From positions 64,001 through 128,000 of the forward strand of contig JBFWOZ010000001.1 in NCBI GenBank assembly GCA_050250255.1: a stretch of 64,000 bases of DNA, given 5' to 3'. This DNA comes from Bdellovibrionales bacterium. Lineage in GTDB: Bacteria > Bdellovibrionota > Bdellovibrionia > Bdellovibrionales > DASUEL01. Below the pieces are notes generated by a model that saw only the letters and a program-made list of their open reading frames with translations, had not been told where the DNA came from and searched no databases. Positions 27,576 to 36,560 of the stretch are shown here, in pieces (the stretch's first letter is position 1; the number at the start of each line of letters is the position of its first letter). Made by a program: the position numbers and the translations under genes.

Positions 27576-28349
27576 ATGGCGCCTGGGAAAAATGAGTACA
27601 AAGCTTTTTTTAAAGCAGCACAAAAAATAAAAGGACCTACTCCGTCTGTCTCGAAAGCTGCATTCACAAAGAAGATGGTAAAACCAAAGATGAGACGATC
27701 GCGAAGACCCTTTCCAGTAATGCCACTTATTGTTTTGGTTGTAGGCTTTGGTGGTACGGTCTGGGCATTAAACAATATTGAACGAATAGAGAAATGGTTT
27801 TCATCAATTGAAATTCAAGCAATGAGTATGGCTTCCGCAGAGGGGGCTAAGTCGGCAAAAGTCGACGCGAAAGAGTCTGGGGGAAAGGAAAAAATAGCCC
27901 AGGAAGAAGGTCAGGAGAAGAAAACCGCGAATTCTAAATCAGAATCCTGGACTCCGGAACAACTTAGCTTTTTCAACAAGTTAGAAGAAAAAAAGAAGCA
28001 ACTCGACCATCGCGAGTCAGAGTTGGCAAAGTTGGAAGAGGAATTGCAACAACAGAAAGTGTTACTCGAAAAAAGATTGGGTGAGTTAGACCAGTTGAGA
28101 GTAAAGATCTCGAATCGACTAGATGAAAAAGTAAAAGTCGATCAGGAGAAGGTAGATAAGTTGGTGGAGTTTTACTCAAATATGAAAGCGCAGAACGCCG
28201 CCAAAATTTTTGAAGAAATAGATGAAGATTTAGCGATTGAGATATTGGGAAAAATGAAAAAGAAAAGCGCCGCAGACATTATGAATCTTTTAAAGCCTGA
28301 GAAGGCTCAAAAGCTCTCGGAAAAGTTTGCCGGCTACAAAAAAAGTTAA
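27576..28349 (+). CDS. MotE/YlxF-like flagellar protein (TM, coiled coil, MgtE_N-like domain)
   Basis: LVEFYSNMKAQNAAKIF...ILGKMKKKSAADIM motif. Confidence 0.8.
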   Translation: MAPGKNEYKAFFKAAQKIKGPTPSVSKAAFTKKMVKPKMRRSRRPFPVMPLIVLVVGFGGTVWALNNIERIEKWFSSIEIQAMSMASAEGAKSAKVDAKESGGKEKIAQEEGQEKKTANSKSESWTPEQLSFFNKLEEKKKQLDHRESELAKLEEELQQQKVLLEKRLGELDQLRVKISNRLDEKVKVDQEKVDKLVEFYSNMKAQNAAKIFEEIDEDLAIEILGKMKKKSAADIMNLLKPEKAQKLSEKFAGYKKS

Positions 28350-28362
28350 TTGAGGAACAGCA

Positions 28363-30279
28363 GTGGAAATCGGTTCAAGAGGTTTTGACATTAAGAGTTT
28401 AGGAGCGATGAAGCCGCAAAATGGCTTGTTGGACTCTTCTGCTCGTTCAAATCTCACGCCTGACATCTCTAAAAAAGATTTCACTCGTCCAACCGCGCCT
28501 GCTCTTTTAGAGAAGCAAGATGTAAAGTCGACAGCAACTGATGTTAAGAAAACAGATTTTAAGAAAACTCTTTCTGAAAAAGTAGAAACGAAGGCAGCAA
28601 ATAAGTCCTCATCGCCTGTATCGGACCGTTTAGAAAAAACTCCAGAGAAATCTTCAACTTCTTTTAACGAACCTATAAGCTCCAAGCCAATAGCAAAAAA
28701 GGCAGATGTGCAACAAAAGACATCTGTAGATATCGTTAGAGATGAAGAAGAGACTGGTGAATTCACGGTTGATGACAAAGCCGTCATGATGGAGTTTTTA
28801 ACTTCCATGCAAAAAGATGTCGGGGTTGATCCAAAAAATATTGTCGAAGCCATGATGAGCTTATCTGAAGAAGATCTCACAAAACCTATTGAAGAAACAA
28901 TGGCTCAGGTTCTCACTCAATTAAATTTGAATCCTCAACAAAAAGAAAAAGCAGAAGTGCTTTATCAGGAAATGTTGACGGATATGTCTCATAACGCCAT
29001 AAGCCGCTGGGCAGATACGGCGGGATACAAAGTTGATATGAGTGTTATGGGCCCTGAAGAAATGCAGCAACTGCGTACACTTCAGTCGCTTGATAAAATG
29101 TCTAAAGACTTTTTTGTTGCACCGAAGAGAGAAAGCGAAAAAACACCGGTTATGACAGCTTCTGGCATGGCCGCTTCGCAAGCTCAAGGGCTTCCAGTGG
29201 AAGCTCAGCCGATGACAGCATCTCCCGCTGAAAGTTCAAAATCGCTAGAGTCAGAAGGCTTCTTTCCAGCGACAAGTCAGCAAATGGCTAAGCCTGTAAG
29301 CGCGTCTCCAACGCAAACACCAAGCGCAACACCGACTCAAACGTCTGTCGGCGCAAAAGCAGTTGGTAAAAATCCTTACGGAATGTCGAGTGCATCTTCA
29401 GCCGCCTCCAAGAGCGCCACAAAAACCTCCGAGAAAGCTTTTGATTTAAGCGCATTTGGGTTTGGTGAAAGTGCCGCGACCAGCACTCTTCAAGTCCCAG
29501 CAGAAGCTCCGGTACTAGAGGAAGCAAGTAGTTCTGCGATGACTCAAGCCTCAACAAAAGATATTGGACAATCCTTAGAACAAAGTTTAGCCGGCCTCGG
29601 TAGTTACAAATCCGACACTGGTGATTCAGATAAGGGTAGCGAAAATAAAGGGGATTCCTCTTCGCAATCGAATAGCGGTTTCGCTGGTATGATGGGTGAA
29701 AAAGTAGCTGGTCAAGAAAGCTTGATGAAAAATGTTGGTGGAGCCGCCGCCGGCACACAGCTTCCTACAACAGTTAACGACCAAACAAATGTTCGTAACG
29801 TTCTTCAAGGCGCCCAAATTTTAATTCAAAAGGGCGGCGGCGAAATGAAAGTGAAGCTCACTCCTGAAGGCATGGGCAGCGTAGATCTTAAAGTCATGGT
29901 GAAGAACGGTAAAGTTGATATTCAAATGCTCACAGAGTCTGCAGAAACAAAACGACTTCTTGAGAGCAGTATCGAAGAACTCAAAGGTAGCCTCGCTATG
30001 CATAAATTAAGCCTTGAGAACATGAAGGTAGATGGTGCCAACACGAAGTTAGATACAGCTCTGGATCAAGGTTTCTTAAATCAAGAGCGTGAGCATGCGA
30101 GAGAATTTCTTGGACAATTTAGAGATTTCAATCATGCAAGAAGAGATACTCTCAATGATCTTGGAGATCTTCGTGGATATGGTTCTTCCAAGAGTAAAAA
30201 ATTAAGACCGGAAGATGCACAGATACCTTCTACAGCAAAAGCTGCGGGTAAAACTAAGAGATTGGATTTGGTGGCGTAA
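28363..30279 (+). CDS. fliK: Hook-length control protein FliK
   Basis: Long low-complexity N-terminus; C-terminal KLTPEGMGSVDLKV domain; upstream of flgD. Confidence 0.88.
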   Translation: MEIGSRGFDIKSLGAMKPQNGLLDSSARSNLTPDISKKDFTRPTAPALLEKQDVKSTATDVKKTDFKKTLSEKVETKAANKSSSPVSDRLEKTPEKSSTSFNEPISSKPIAKKADVQQKTSVDIVRDEEETGEFTVDDKAVMMEFLTSMQKDVGVDPKNIVEAMMSLSEEDLTKPIEETMAQVLTQLNLNPQQKEKAEVLYQEMLTDMSHNAISRWADTAGYKVDMSVMGPEEMQQLRTLQSLDKMSKDFFVAPKRESEKTPVMTASGMAASQAQGLPVEAQPMTASPAESSKSLESEGFFPATSQQMAKPVSASPTQTPSATPTQTSVGAKAVGKNPYGMSSASSAASKSATKTSEKAFDLSAFGFGESAATSTLQVPAEAPVLEEASSSAMTQASTKDIGQSLEQSLAGLGSYKSDTGDSDKGSENKGDSSSQSNSGFAGMMGEKVAGQESLMKNVGGAAAGTQLPTTVNDQTNVRNVLQGAQILIQKGGGEMKVKLTPEGMGSVDLKVMVKNGKVDIQMLTESAETKRLLESSIEELKGSLAMHKLSLENMKVDGANTKLDTALDQGFLNQEREHAREFLGQFRDFNHARRDTLNDLGDLRGYGSSKSKKLRPEDAQIPSTAKAAGKTKRLDLVA

Positions 30280-30282
30280 TTT

Positions 30283-31392
30283 ATGATGGATATAGGCAAA
30301 ACCACCAAAGCTTGGGCCAACAGCGCGAACGCGAAAGAAAATCGCCTCGAAGTGGCAAAAGGAACCAAACATTCAGCGACGGAAAAACCTTTTGGCGACA
30401 AAGATGTCGGCACCGTCCTCAATGAAATTGCAGATCCAAACTGGGTAGATCCAGCAAAAGTGCAGCGTGAGCAGAAAAAAGATCTCGATCGAGATGCGTT
30501 TTTTAAATTAATGCTCGCACAAATGAAAAACCAAGATCCTTACAATACGATTGAGAGTCATGAGATGGCCGCGCAGCTGGCGCAGTTTACGTCTCTCGAA
30601 CAGATGTTCAATATCAATAACAACTTGGAAGCGATTAAGCGTGGACAAGCTCCGGCATCGGATTACCAAGCATTGAATTTCTTAGGAAAAGAAATTTCTG
30701 CGGACTCGTCTCTCATCACTCGTACAAGTGATGAAGATAAACATGATCTTCGTTTCAGCCTGAATGGGGATGCGACAGAAGTGAAAGTCACAGTCAAAGA
30801 TGAAGCTGGCGATGTGGTCAAAGTATTCAATATGAATAATTTGAAAAAGGGCAAAAACGAAATTCTTTGGAATGGTTACAGCGAACAGGGCTTTAAACAA
30901 AATGTGGGTGAATACCGTTTCACCGTCGAAGCAAAGAGCGGTACGGGTAAAACGGTTGCCGCTGATACAAATACAACGGGTCGAATCACCGGAGTTCAGT
31001 ACACGGCTAAGGGCCCACTCCTCATGATTGGCAACACAACGGTTTACTTATCTGATGTGAAAAAGATTTTGGAACCTCAGGAAACAGGTGCTGCTCTTCA
31101 ACAAGTGGCTCAAGGTTTACCGGGTGCTCCGCAAATGGGTCCAATGATGCCGGCAATGGGAGGAAAAGCTTCGATGCTTCCAACCGCAGAAGAAGCGATC
31201 AAGCCTCTTAAAACAATTCCGTTAGCACCAGGTGCCAGTGTTCAACCACAATCACAAGCACCGGTAGCAGCTGGAACAGTACCAGCTCCCACCAAAGTAG
31301 AAGCTAAAAAGCCTAAGCCGCAAGCAGGAAAAATGCTCGCGCAAAATGGAACTCCTTTCAGCATGAAAATGAAAGGACAAGCCAGTGAGTGA
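30283..31392 (+). CDS. flgD: Hook cap protein FlgD with C-terminal extension
   Basis: FFKLMLAQMKNQDP and QLAQFTSLEQM motifs, FlgD Ig domain. Confidence 0.93.
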   Translation: MMDIGKTTKAWANSANAKENRLEVAKGTKHSATEKPFGDKDVGTVLNEIADPNWVDPAKVQREQKKDLDRDAFFKLMLAQMKNQDPYNTIESHEMAAQLAQFTSLEQMFNINNNLEAIKRGQAPASDYQALNFLGKEISADSSLITRTSDEDKHDLRFSLNGDATEVKVTVKDEAGDVVKVFNMNNLKKGKNEILWNGYSEQGFKQNVGEYRFTVEAKSGTGKTVAADTNTTGRITGVQYTAKGPLLMIGNTTVYLSDVKKILEPQETGAALQQVAQGLPGAPQMGPMMPAMGGKASMLPTAEEAIKPLKTIPLAPGASVQPQSQAPVAAGTVPAPTKVEAKKPKPQAGKMLAQNGTPFSMKMKGQASE

Positions 31393-31777
31393 AATTCGTG
31401 GCCTCTCGCAAGCGCTACCTGGCTTAACACCAGAACCTAAGGGGAAGATTGGTTCCTCCGGTGGTCCATCTTTTAAAGATGTACTGAGCGATTTGACAAA
31501 ACCTGCGGCAACGCCTCAGGCGAGTAGTCTTAAGTTTTCAAATCACGCAGTGGAGAGAATGTTTTCTCGTGGGATTAACTTAAAGCCAAACGATATGACA
31601 AGACTTGAAGGCGCGATTCAAAAGGCAGAACAGAAGGGGAGTAAAGATACTCTTGTGCTGCTTGGAGAAAATGCATTTATCGTGAATGTAAAAAATAAAA
31701 CTGTAGTTACAGCTATGGACCAAAATCAAATGAAGGAGAATGTTTTTACGAATATTGATAGTACGATCGTTTTATAA
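31385..31777 (+). CDS. Flagellar operon protein (TIGR02530-like)
   Basis: LKFSNHAVERM...KGSKDTLVL...NKTVVTAMD...ENVFTNIDS; lies between flgD and flgE. Confidence 0.9.
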   Translation: MSEIRGLSQALPGLTPEPKGKIGSSGGPSFKDVLSDLTKPAATPQASSLKFSNHAVERMFSRGINLKPNDMTRLEGAIQKAEQKGSKDTLVLLGENAFIVNVKNKTVVTAMDQNQMKENVFTNIDSTIVL

Positions 31778-31815
31778 ACAGGAAGTTTATTTAGTTAGTT
31801 AAATTTTAATAATAC

Positions 31816-31884
31816 AGGGCTGGTCTCCAAATCTAATTGGAGGAGCCCTCTTAACTACGGCCCGCCGACTGATTGACGTGGGCC
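31816..31884 (+). ncRNA. Candidate cis-regulatory two-hairpin RNA in the flgE leader
   Basis: Hairpin 1 at 31816-31849 and hairpin 2 at 31859-31884, no poly-U tail, ending 6 nt before the AGGAGG RBS. Confidence 0.6.
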
Positions 31885-31901
31885 ATTGTCAGGAGGACAA
31901 A

Positions 31902-33191
31902 ATGAGTGTTCTTTCATCTTTATTTACCGGTGTTTCCGGTTTATCAGCACAAGGTCAAGCGTTAGGCGTTATCGGTGATAACATCGCAAACGCGCACACC
32001 ACAGGTTTCAAATCGAGTCGTGCAGAATTTAACGATATCGTTGCGAAAAGCTTAAAAGGAATTTTGGGTGGTAACCAAATCGGTCGCGGGGTAAAAATCG
32101 CGTCTGTGAACCCGATCCTTACTCAAGGTAACGTTGATGCGACAGAAAAGTCGACGGATCTTGCGATCTCTGGAGACGGTTACTTCGTTCTTCGTGGTAA
32201 CGATGGCGAATCCTTCACCCGTGATGGTAGCTTTCACTTTGATAAAGACGGTTACTTAGTCACAAACGACAACCAACGTGTTCAAGGTTACCAAACAGAC
32301 GAGCGTGGTCGAGTTGTGAACGAAATCGGCGATATCGCATTTCCAAAAGCGATCATTCCCGCTCGTGGAACAAAAGAACTTTCGATGACTCTTCAGTTAG
32401 ACTCACGTGCTCCTATGAATCCTAAGCCGTTTGATATAAAAGATCCTCATTCCACTTCACAATACTCAACAGGTATTGAGGTTTATGACTCTCAAGGAAG
32501 TAAACACTTAGTGACTCTCTTCTTTAACAAGACGGCAGATCGCACCTGGCAGTATCATGGTCTCGTTCAGGGATCTGAGATGGTCGGTGGTAAAGAGGGC
32601 GAATGGTTTGAAGCATGTACGGGTCAGGTGGGATTTACCGTTGATGGTAAATTAGATACCGAAGTGATTCAGAAACAAGCTTTTAACTTTGCTGGTGGTG
32701 CTCTACAGAACCAACAAATCAAAATCGATTTCGGTGATGCGATCACAACCGATAAAGGTAAAGGTCTTAAGGGTTCTACTCAGTACGGTAAAGAGTCTGA
32801 TGTGATCGTATGGGACCAAGACGGTGCCGCCGCTGGTAACATCAATAACCTTTCGTTTAATGATGAAGGTGTGTTGGCAGCTCTTTACAGCAATGGGGAA
32901 ACTCGTGAGTTAGCACAAGTGGTGATCTCGAAGTTTGAGAACAGCGAATCGCTCTTTAAAGTTGGTAACAACCGCTTCAAAGAATCAAGAAACTCTGGAA
33001 CTCCTTCAATCGGTAAACCAGGAAACGCCGGTCGTGGTAAGCTCTTCGCGAAGTCTCTTGAGCGATCCACAGTGGATATCGCAACTGAGTTCGTGAACCT
33101 GATCCAAAACCAACGTGGTTTCCAAGCGAATGCAAAAACGATTACGACAACCGACGAATTACTCCAAGAAGTAATCCAGTTAAAGCGCTAA
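31902..33191 (+). CDS. flgE: Flagellar hook protein FlgE
   Basis: GDNIANAHTTGFK, TRDGSF and EFVNLIQNQRGFQAN motifs; start at ATG 31902 after AGGAGG. Confidence 0.96.
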   Translation: MSVLSSLFTGVSGLSAQGQALGVIGDNIANAHTTGFKSSRAEFNDIVAKSLKGILGGNQIGRGVKIASVNPILTQGNVDATEKSTDLAISGDGYFVLRGNDGESFTRDGSFHFDKDGYLVTNDNQRVQGYQTDERGRVVNEIGDIAFPKAIIPARGTKELSMTLQLDSRAPMNPKPFDIKDPHSTSQYSTGIEVYDSQGSKHLVTLFFNKTADRTWQYHGLVQGSEMVGGKEGEWFEACTGQVGFTVDGKLDTEVIQKQAFNFAGGALQNQQIKIDFGDAITTDKGKGLKGSTQYGKESDVIVWDQDGAAAGNINNLSFNDEGVLAALYSNGETRELAQVVISKFENSESLFKVGNNRFKESRNSGTPSIGKPGNAGRGKLFAKSLERSTVDIATEFVNLIQNQRGFQANAKTITTTDELLQEVIQLKR

Positions 33192-33215
33192 TCCTAAATT
33201 AGCCATTCTTTAATA

Positions 33216-33243
33216 AAAAGGCCGACTTTCGAGTCGGCCTTTT
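33216..33243. terminator. Bidirectional intrinsic terminator
   Basis: AAAAGGCCGACT-TTCG-AGTCGGCCTTTT. Confidence 0.9.
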
Positions 33244-33294
33244 GCTTTTTTATGAAAGAAATCCTTGATTCGATACCCTACTAATTTGTGTAGA

Positions 33295-33696
33295 TTACCG
33301 TGTACCAGGCTGAAACTTAAGTCGTCCCGCAGAAACCATCTTACAAGGTCCACCATAGTCTGGTTCGTTATCAAGAGACATGAAGATCCATTTTTCTTCT
33401 GATTGATAGACGAAGTCATATGGGCCATTAAATGAAATGACTCCAGTATATTCACCTCTCCTAGCATCATCGACAAAGGGGTATAGGACAGTAAGATAAT
33501 TTAAAATTGAGCTAGATCTAAAAGGATCGTTGTTTATTAGATACCATGCTTTTGAGTTCTTAAGATCAAACGCGAAATAATAAGTGTTCAACTTATCGTA
33601 TTGTTTGCTGGTTTTACAAAGAAGTATATCCTGTGCTTGAGCGAGGGCAGGAAAAGTCAACGCGAGTCCAAGGATAGCATTTACAAGTATTTTCAT
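33295..33696 (-). CDS. Secreted hypothetical protein (133 aa)
   Basis: GAGAGG RBS before ATG 33696; signal peptide ending AQA. Confidence 0.7.
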   Translation of the reverse strand: MKILVNAILGLALTFPALAQAQDILLCKTSKQYDKLNTYYFAFDLKNSKAWYLINNDPFRSSSILNYLTVLYPFVDDARRGEYTGVISFNGPYDFVYQSEEKWIFMSLDNEPDYGGPCKMVSAGRLKFQPGTR

Positions 33697-33784
33697 GATT
33701 ACCTCTCTTCTTGGGTGCCGTTCCAAATTTTTTGGGATTAATACCCACAATTCAAACGGGGATGATTCTCTGCTTGAGTAACAA

Positions 33785-33800
33785 TGCGACAATTGTGCCA
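33785..33800 (-). promoter_or_regulatory. sigma54 promoter candidate
   Basis: Minus strand reads TGGCACAATTGTCGCA (GG-N10-GC). Confidence 0.7.
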
Positions 33801-33936
33801 TTATCTTTTATCATTGGTTTCGATTGAAACATAAGTTGGCGCACAATGATTTTAATATGGCGCCGTAAAAGTCGTCTAAACTTTTGACACCTAGAATTTT
33901 TTACTCTTTTCTTTGATCAGTTTTTTAATGCAAAAA

Positions 33937-33956
33937 TAATGTCTGATCAGACATTA
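33937..33956. promoter_or_regulatory. Perfect 20-bp palindrome TAATGTCTGATCAGACATTA
   Basis: About 140 bp upstream of the sigma54 box at 33800; shares the TGTC-N6-GACA core with 17143. Confidence 0.45.
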
Positions 33957-34958
33957 CTGACTGAGAATTTGTAAGAGAGAAATCAGTTCCTTACGAACCG
34001 TTTTGTGTTGGGAGTAAGTTTGCTCGAGAGGAGTGTAGACGACTTTTCCGTCCATAACTCCCGCCATGACGTCGCAGATTCCTTGCTTTAAACCTGCAAC
34101 ACAAGCAGCCCCTAAACGTGAAGCGAGAATGCGATCGGCAGCGGTGGGTGTACCACCTCGTTGAATGTGCCCTAAAATACAGACCTTCGCATCGAAGCCC
34201 GCTTTTTTTCGAATCGCATCGGCAAGATCATAGGCACGACCAGGCTTTTGCCCTTCGGCCGCGATGAGAATGCTACTCATTTTTCCGCGTTTCAGGCCTC
34301 GTTGAATATGCTTAATGGCATCGTCAACGGTGGTTTGGCTTTCGGGAATAAAAATGTCTTCTGCCCCACCGGCAAGACCCACATCAAGTGCAATAAACCC
34401 TGAGTTTCGTCCCATCACTTCGACAATGAAAAGACGATCGTGGCTCGCAGCGGTGTCTCGGATTTTATCTATGGCATCGAGTGCGGTGTTCACGGCGGTA
34501 TCAAATCCGATTGTATAGTCTGTCCCGTGTACGTCGTTGTCGATGGTGCCTGGTGCACCCGTCACTGGAATTTTATGTTCTTCCCATAGAGCGTGAGCCC
34601 CACGAAAAGATCCATCTCCTCCGATACATATTAGGGCATCCACATTATGTTTTTTGAGATTTTCAACAGCTTTGGCGCGTCCTTCAGGCTTAGTGAACTC
34701 TTGGCTTCGACCTGTTTTAATAATGGTCCCACCACGTTGAATAATGTTAGCCATTGATCCGCGCGCAAGAGGGTGAATGTTTCCGCTGATCATTCCATTG
34801 TAGCCACTATCAATAGCGACAATTTCATAACCCTCATGAATCGCCATTCTCACCGCAGCTCTTAAGCAGGCATTCATTCCGGGAGCGTCGCCACCACTCG
34901 TGTAGATTCCAATTCTTTTTATAGATTTAGGGTCGAATTTAGAGAGATTCGTTGGCAT
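33954..34958 (-). CDS. pfkA: ATP-dependent 6-phosphofructokinase
   Basis: TSGGDAPGMN, GGDGS, TIDND, VMGR and LGHIQRGG motifs. Confidence 0.95.
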   Translation of the reverse strand: MPTNLSKFDPKSIKRIGIYTSGGDAPGMNACLRAAVRMAIHEGYEIVAIDSGYNGMISGNIHPLARGSMANIIQRGGTIIKTGRSQEFTKPEGRAKAVENLKKHNVDALICIGGDGSFRGAHALWEEHKIPVTGAPGTIDNDVHGTDYTIGFDTAVNTALDAIDKIRDTAASHDRLFIVEVMGRNSGFIALDVGLAGGAEDIFIPESQTTVDDAIKHIQRGLKRGKMSSILIAAEGQKPGRAYDLADAIRKKAGFDAKVCILGHIQRGGTPTAADRILASRLGAACVAGLKQGICDVMAGVMDGKVVYTPLEQTYSQHKTVRKELISLLQILSQ

Positions 34959-34971
34959 GTCTTAAAAATAA

Positions 34972-35000
34972 AAAAGGATTGGCCATTAGCCAACCCTTTT
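34972..35000 (-). terminator. Intrinsic terminator downstream of the HU gene
   Basis: Minus strand reads AAAAGGGTTGGC-TAATG-GCCAATCCTTTT, followed by further T residues. Confidence 0.7.
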
Positions 35001-35021
35001 CATATGAGTCAAAAAAAGAGC

Positions 35022-35294
35022 TTACTTAACGTAAGACTTGAATTCTGCGCCAGCGCGGAATTTAGGAACCCAGCAAGCGTTGATTTTGATTGCTTTGCCT
35101 GTTTGTGGGTTGCGGCCCGTACGAGCTTTTCTCTTTGCACGAAGGAAAGTTCCAAAGCCAACGAGCTTCACATCGTCACCTTTTTTGATAGATTTGCGGA
35201 TAGAATCAATCGCAGCATCTAAGATCTTCTCTGTATCAGCTTTTGTCATTTTTGTGTTTTCAGCGATTTGGTTTACCAATTCGGCCTTATTCAT
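35022..35294 (-). CDS. hup: Histone-like DNA-binding protein HU
   Basis: MNKAEL, GFGTF and RTGRNPQTG motifs. Confidence 0.95.
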   Translation of the reverse strand: MNKAELVNQIAENTKMTKADTEKILDAAIDSIRKSIKKGDDVKLVGFGTFLRAKRKARTGRNPQTGKAIKINACWVPKFRAGAEFKSYVK

Positions 35295-35318
35295 GGATTC
35301 TCCTTGTTGTGAATCATC

Positions 35319-35410
35319 GGGCCTGCTGAAAAAATATCATCTGCTTCGTTGCAGGAGGACCGTTTCAGGTCCGACCCCTTATACGCCATTGATACTTTTT
35401 CAGCAGGCCC
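35319..35410. repeat. 92-bp palindromic element upstream of the HU gene
   Basis: 21-bp inverted arms (GGGCCTGCTGAAAAARTATCA, one mismatch) with an internal GGACC/GGTCC hairpin. Confidence 0.85.
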
Positions 35411-35498
35411 TGTTGTTTGTAGGTTAAAAAACCCAACAAAATTCAAAACCAGGTCTGAATCCACGTCAATGGAAATCAATAGAAATTAATGAATTTGA

Positions 35499-36290
35499 TT
35501 ATTTTCTTATCAGCGTCGCAGACCCAAGATAAGCACCACGATAGTGAATTGTTACATCCACATAGTTCTGCTCTAAAGTACCCTCTGCCGCAGTGATTCT
35601 AAAGGTCGCGCCCATACCCGGTGATCCAGGAACACCGGTATGAGAAATCGACTGTAAAGAAAAGCCTCGGTTATTGTTATGACCAAACTTTTTGACTGGA
35701 ATCTCAAACGAATAATATTTTTCGATATCTCCCAGAACTGGTGAACAGAGGAAAGAGGGCCGTTGGTACGGACCCGCTTTGACGGTCACAACCCCTTCAC
35801 CATTCACAACGTTCACAACAATAATTCCACCGTTGGCATAGTTGTTACACTCGTTCTGACAGACTTGACTATTGTTATTTCCACATCTCAAAACTCTCTC
35901 GTAAGTCGCACTTTGATATTGACCCGGCGGAAGTGGTGGAAGAAATGGAATCAATCCCGGAGGCAATTGTTGGTAAGTTGTACGAATATGTTCTAAGCGA
36001 GCATAATTATCAGCGAGTAAACGTCCAAATGTCGTGCGTGAAGTAGGGTGAATGCTGATAGAACCAGCAGTAAAACCCGTGGACTGAGAAGGAACACAGT
36101 TTGAAGGATATTGACCATAAGAATTTGGAACACACGCTGGAGCGGGTGGTGAAACGATCGGTGGGGGAACTGCTGCGGCTCCGTTGCCGCCATCATCGCT
36201 TTTCTTCTGACATGCAGAAGTGAAACTGATGATCGCTGCGATCAACACAATAGAAAAAATGGTCCCAGAATTTTCCATATATCGTTTCAT
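35499..36290 (-). CDS. Hypothetical lipoprotein
   Basis: Lipobox TSAC, Pro-rich linker, several Cys; GGAGG RBS. Confidence 0.8.
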   Translation of the reverse strand: MKRYMENSGTIFSIVLIAAIISFTSACQKKSDDGGNGAAAVPPPIVSPPAPACVPNSYGQYPSNCVPSQSTGFTAGSISIHPTSRTTFGRLLADNYARLEHIRTTYQQLPPGLIPFLPPLPPGQYQSATYERVLRCGNNNSQVCQNECNNYANGGIIVVNVVNGEGVVTVKAGPYQRPSFLCSPVLGDIEKYYSFEIPVKKFGHNNNRGFSLQSISHTGVPGSPGMGATFRITAAEGTLEQNYVDVTIHYRGAYLGSATLIRK

Positions 36291-36560
36291 GCGACCCTCC
36301 TCTAGAAGTCCGCCAACCTTAAGCTCTTCACGTTCCGTACCACCTTGGGACAGAAATTACGGGGCTTCGAGGAGTTAGTTTTTTAAAAAGTGCCCAAAAA
36401 GGTCAGCACCATGAAGTATTTGGAGGAATCCAAGCAGGAATACGAGGAGGGATCTTAGCCCCAAGAAAAACGAAGAAGTGGTTGATTTTCATAGTGCAAT
36501 GTATAAAAACACCGCTAACACATCGATTTAATTAGGATTTTAATGAGAGAGGTAAAAACG

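Noticed and set aside
28290..28880. 196-aa antisense ORF within fliK, and similar shadow ORFs elsewhere
   Set aside because: Lies opposite well-supported genes, with no motifs or RBS.
35291..35479. 62-aa ORF upstream of hup
   Set aside because: Runs through the palindromic element and has no RBS or recognisable features.
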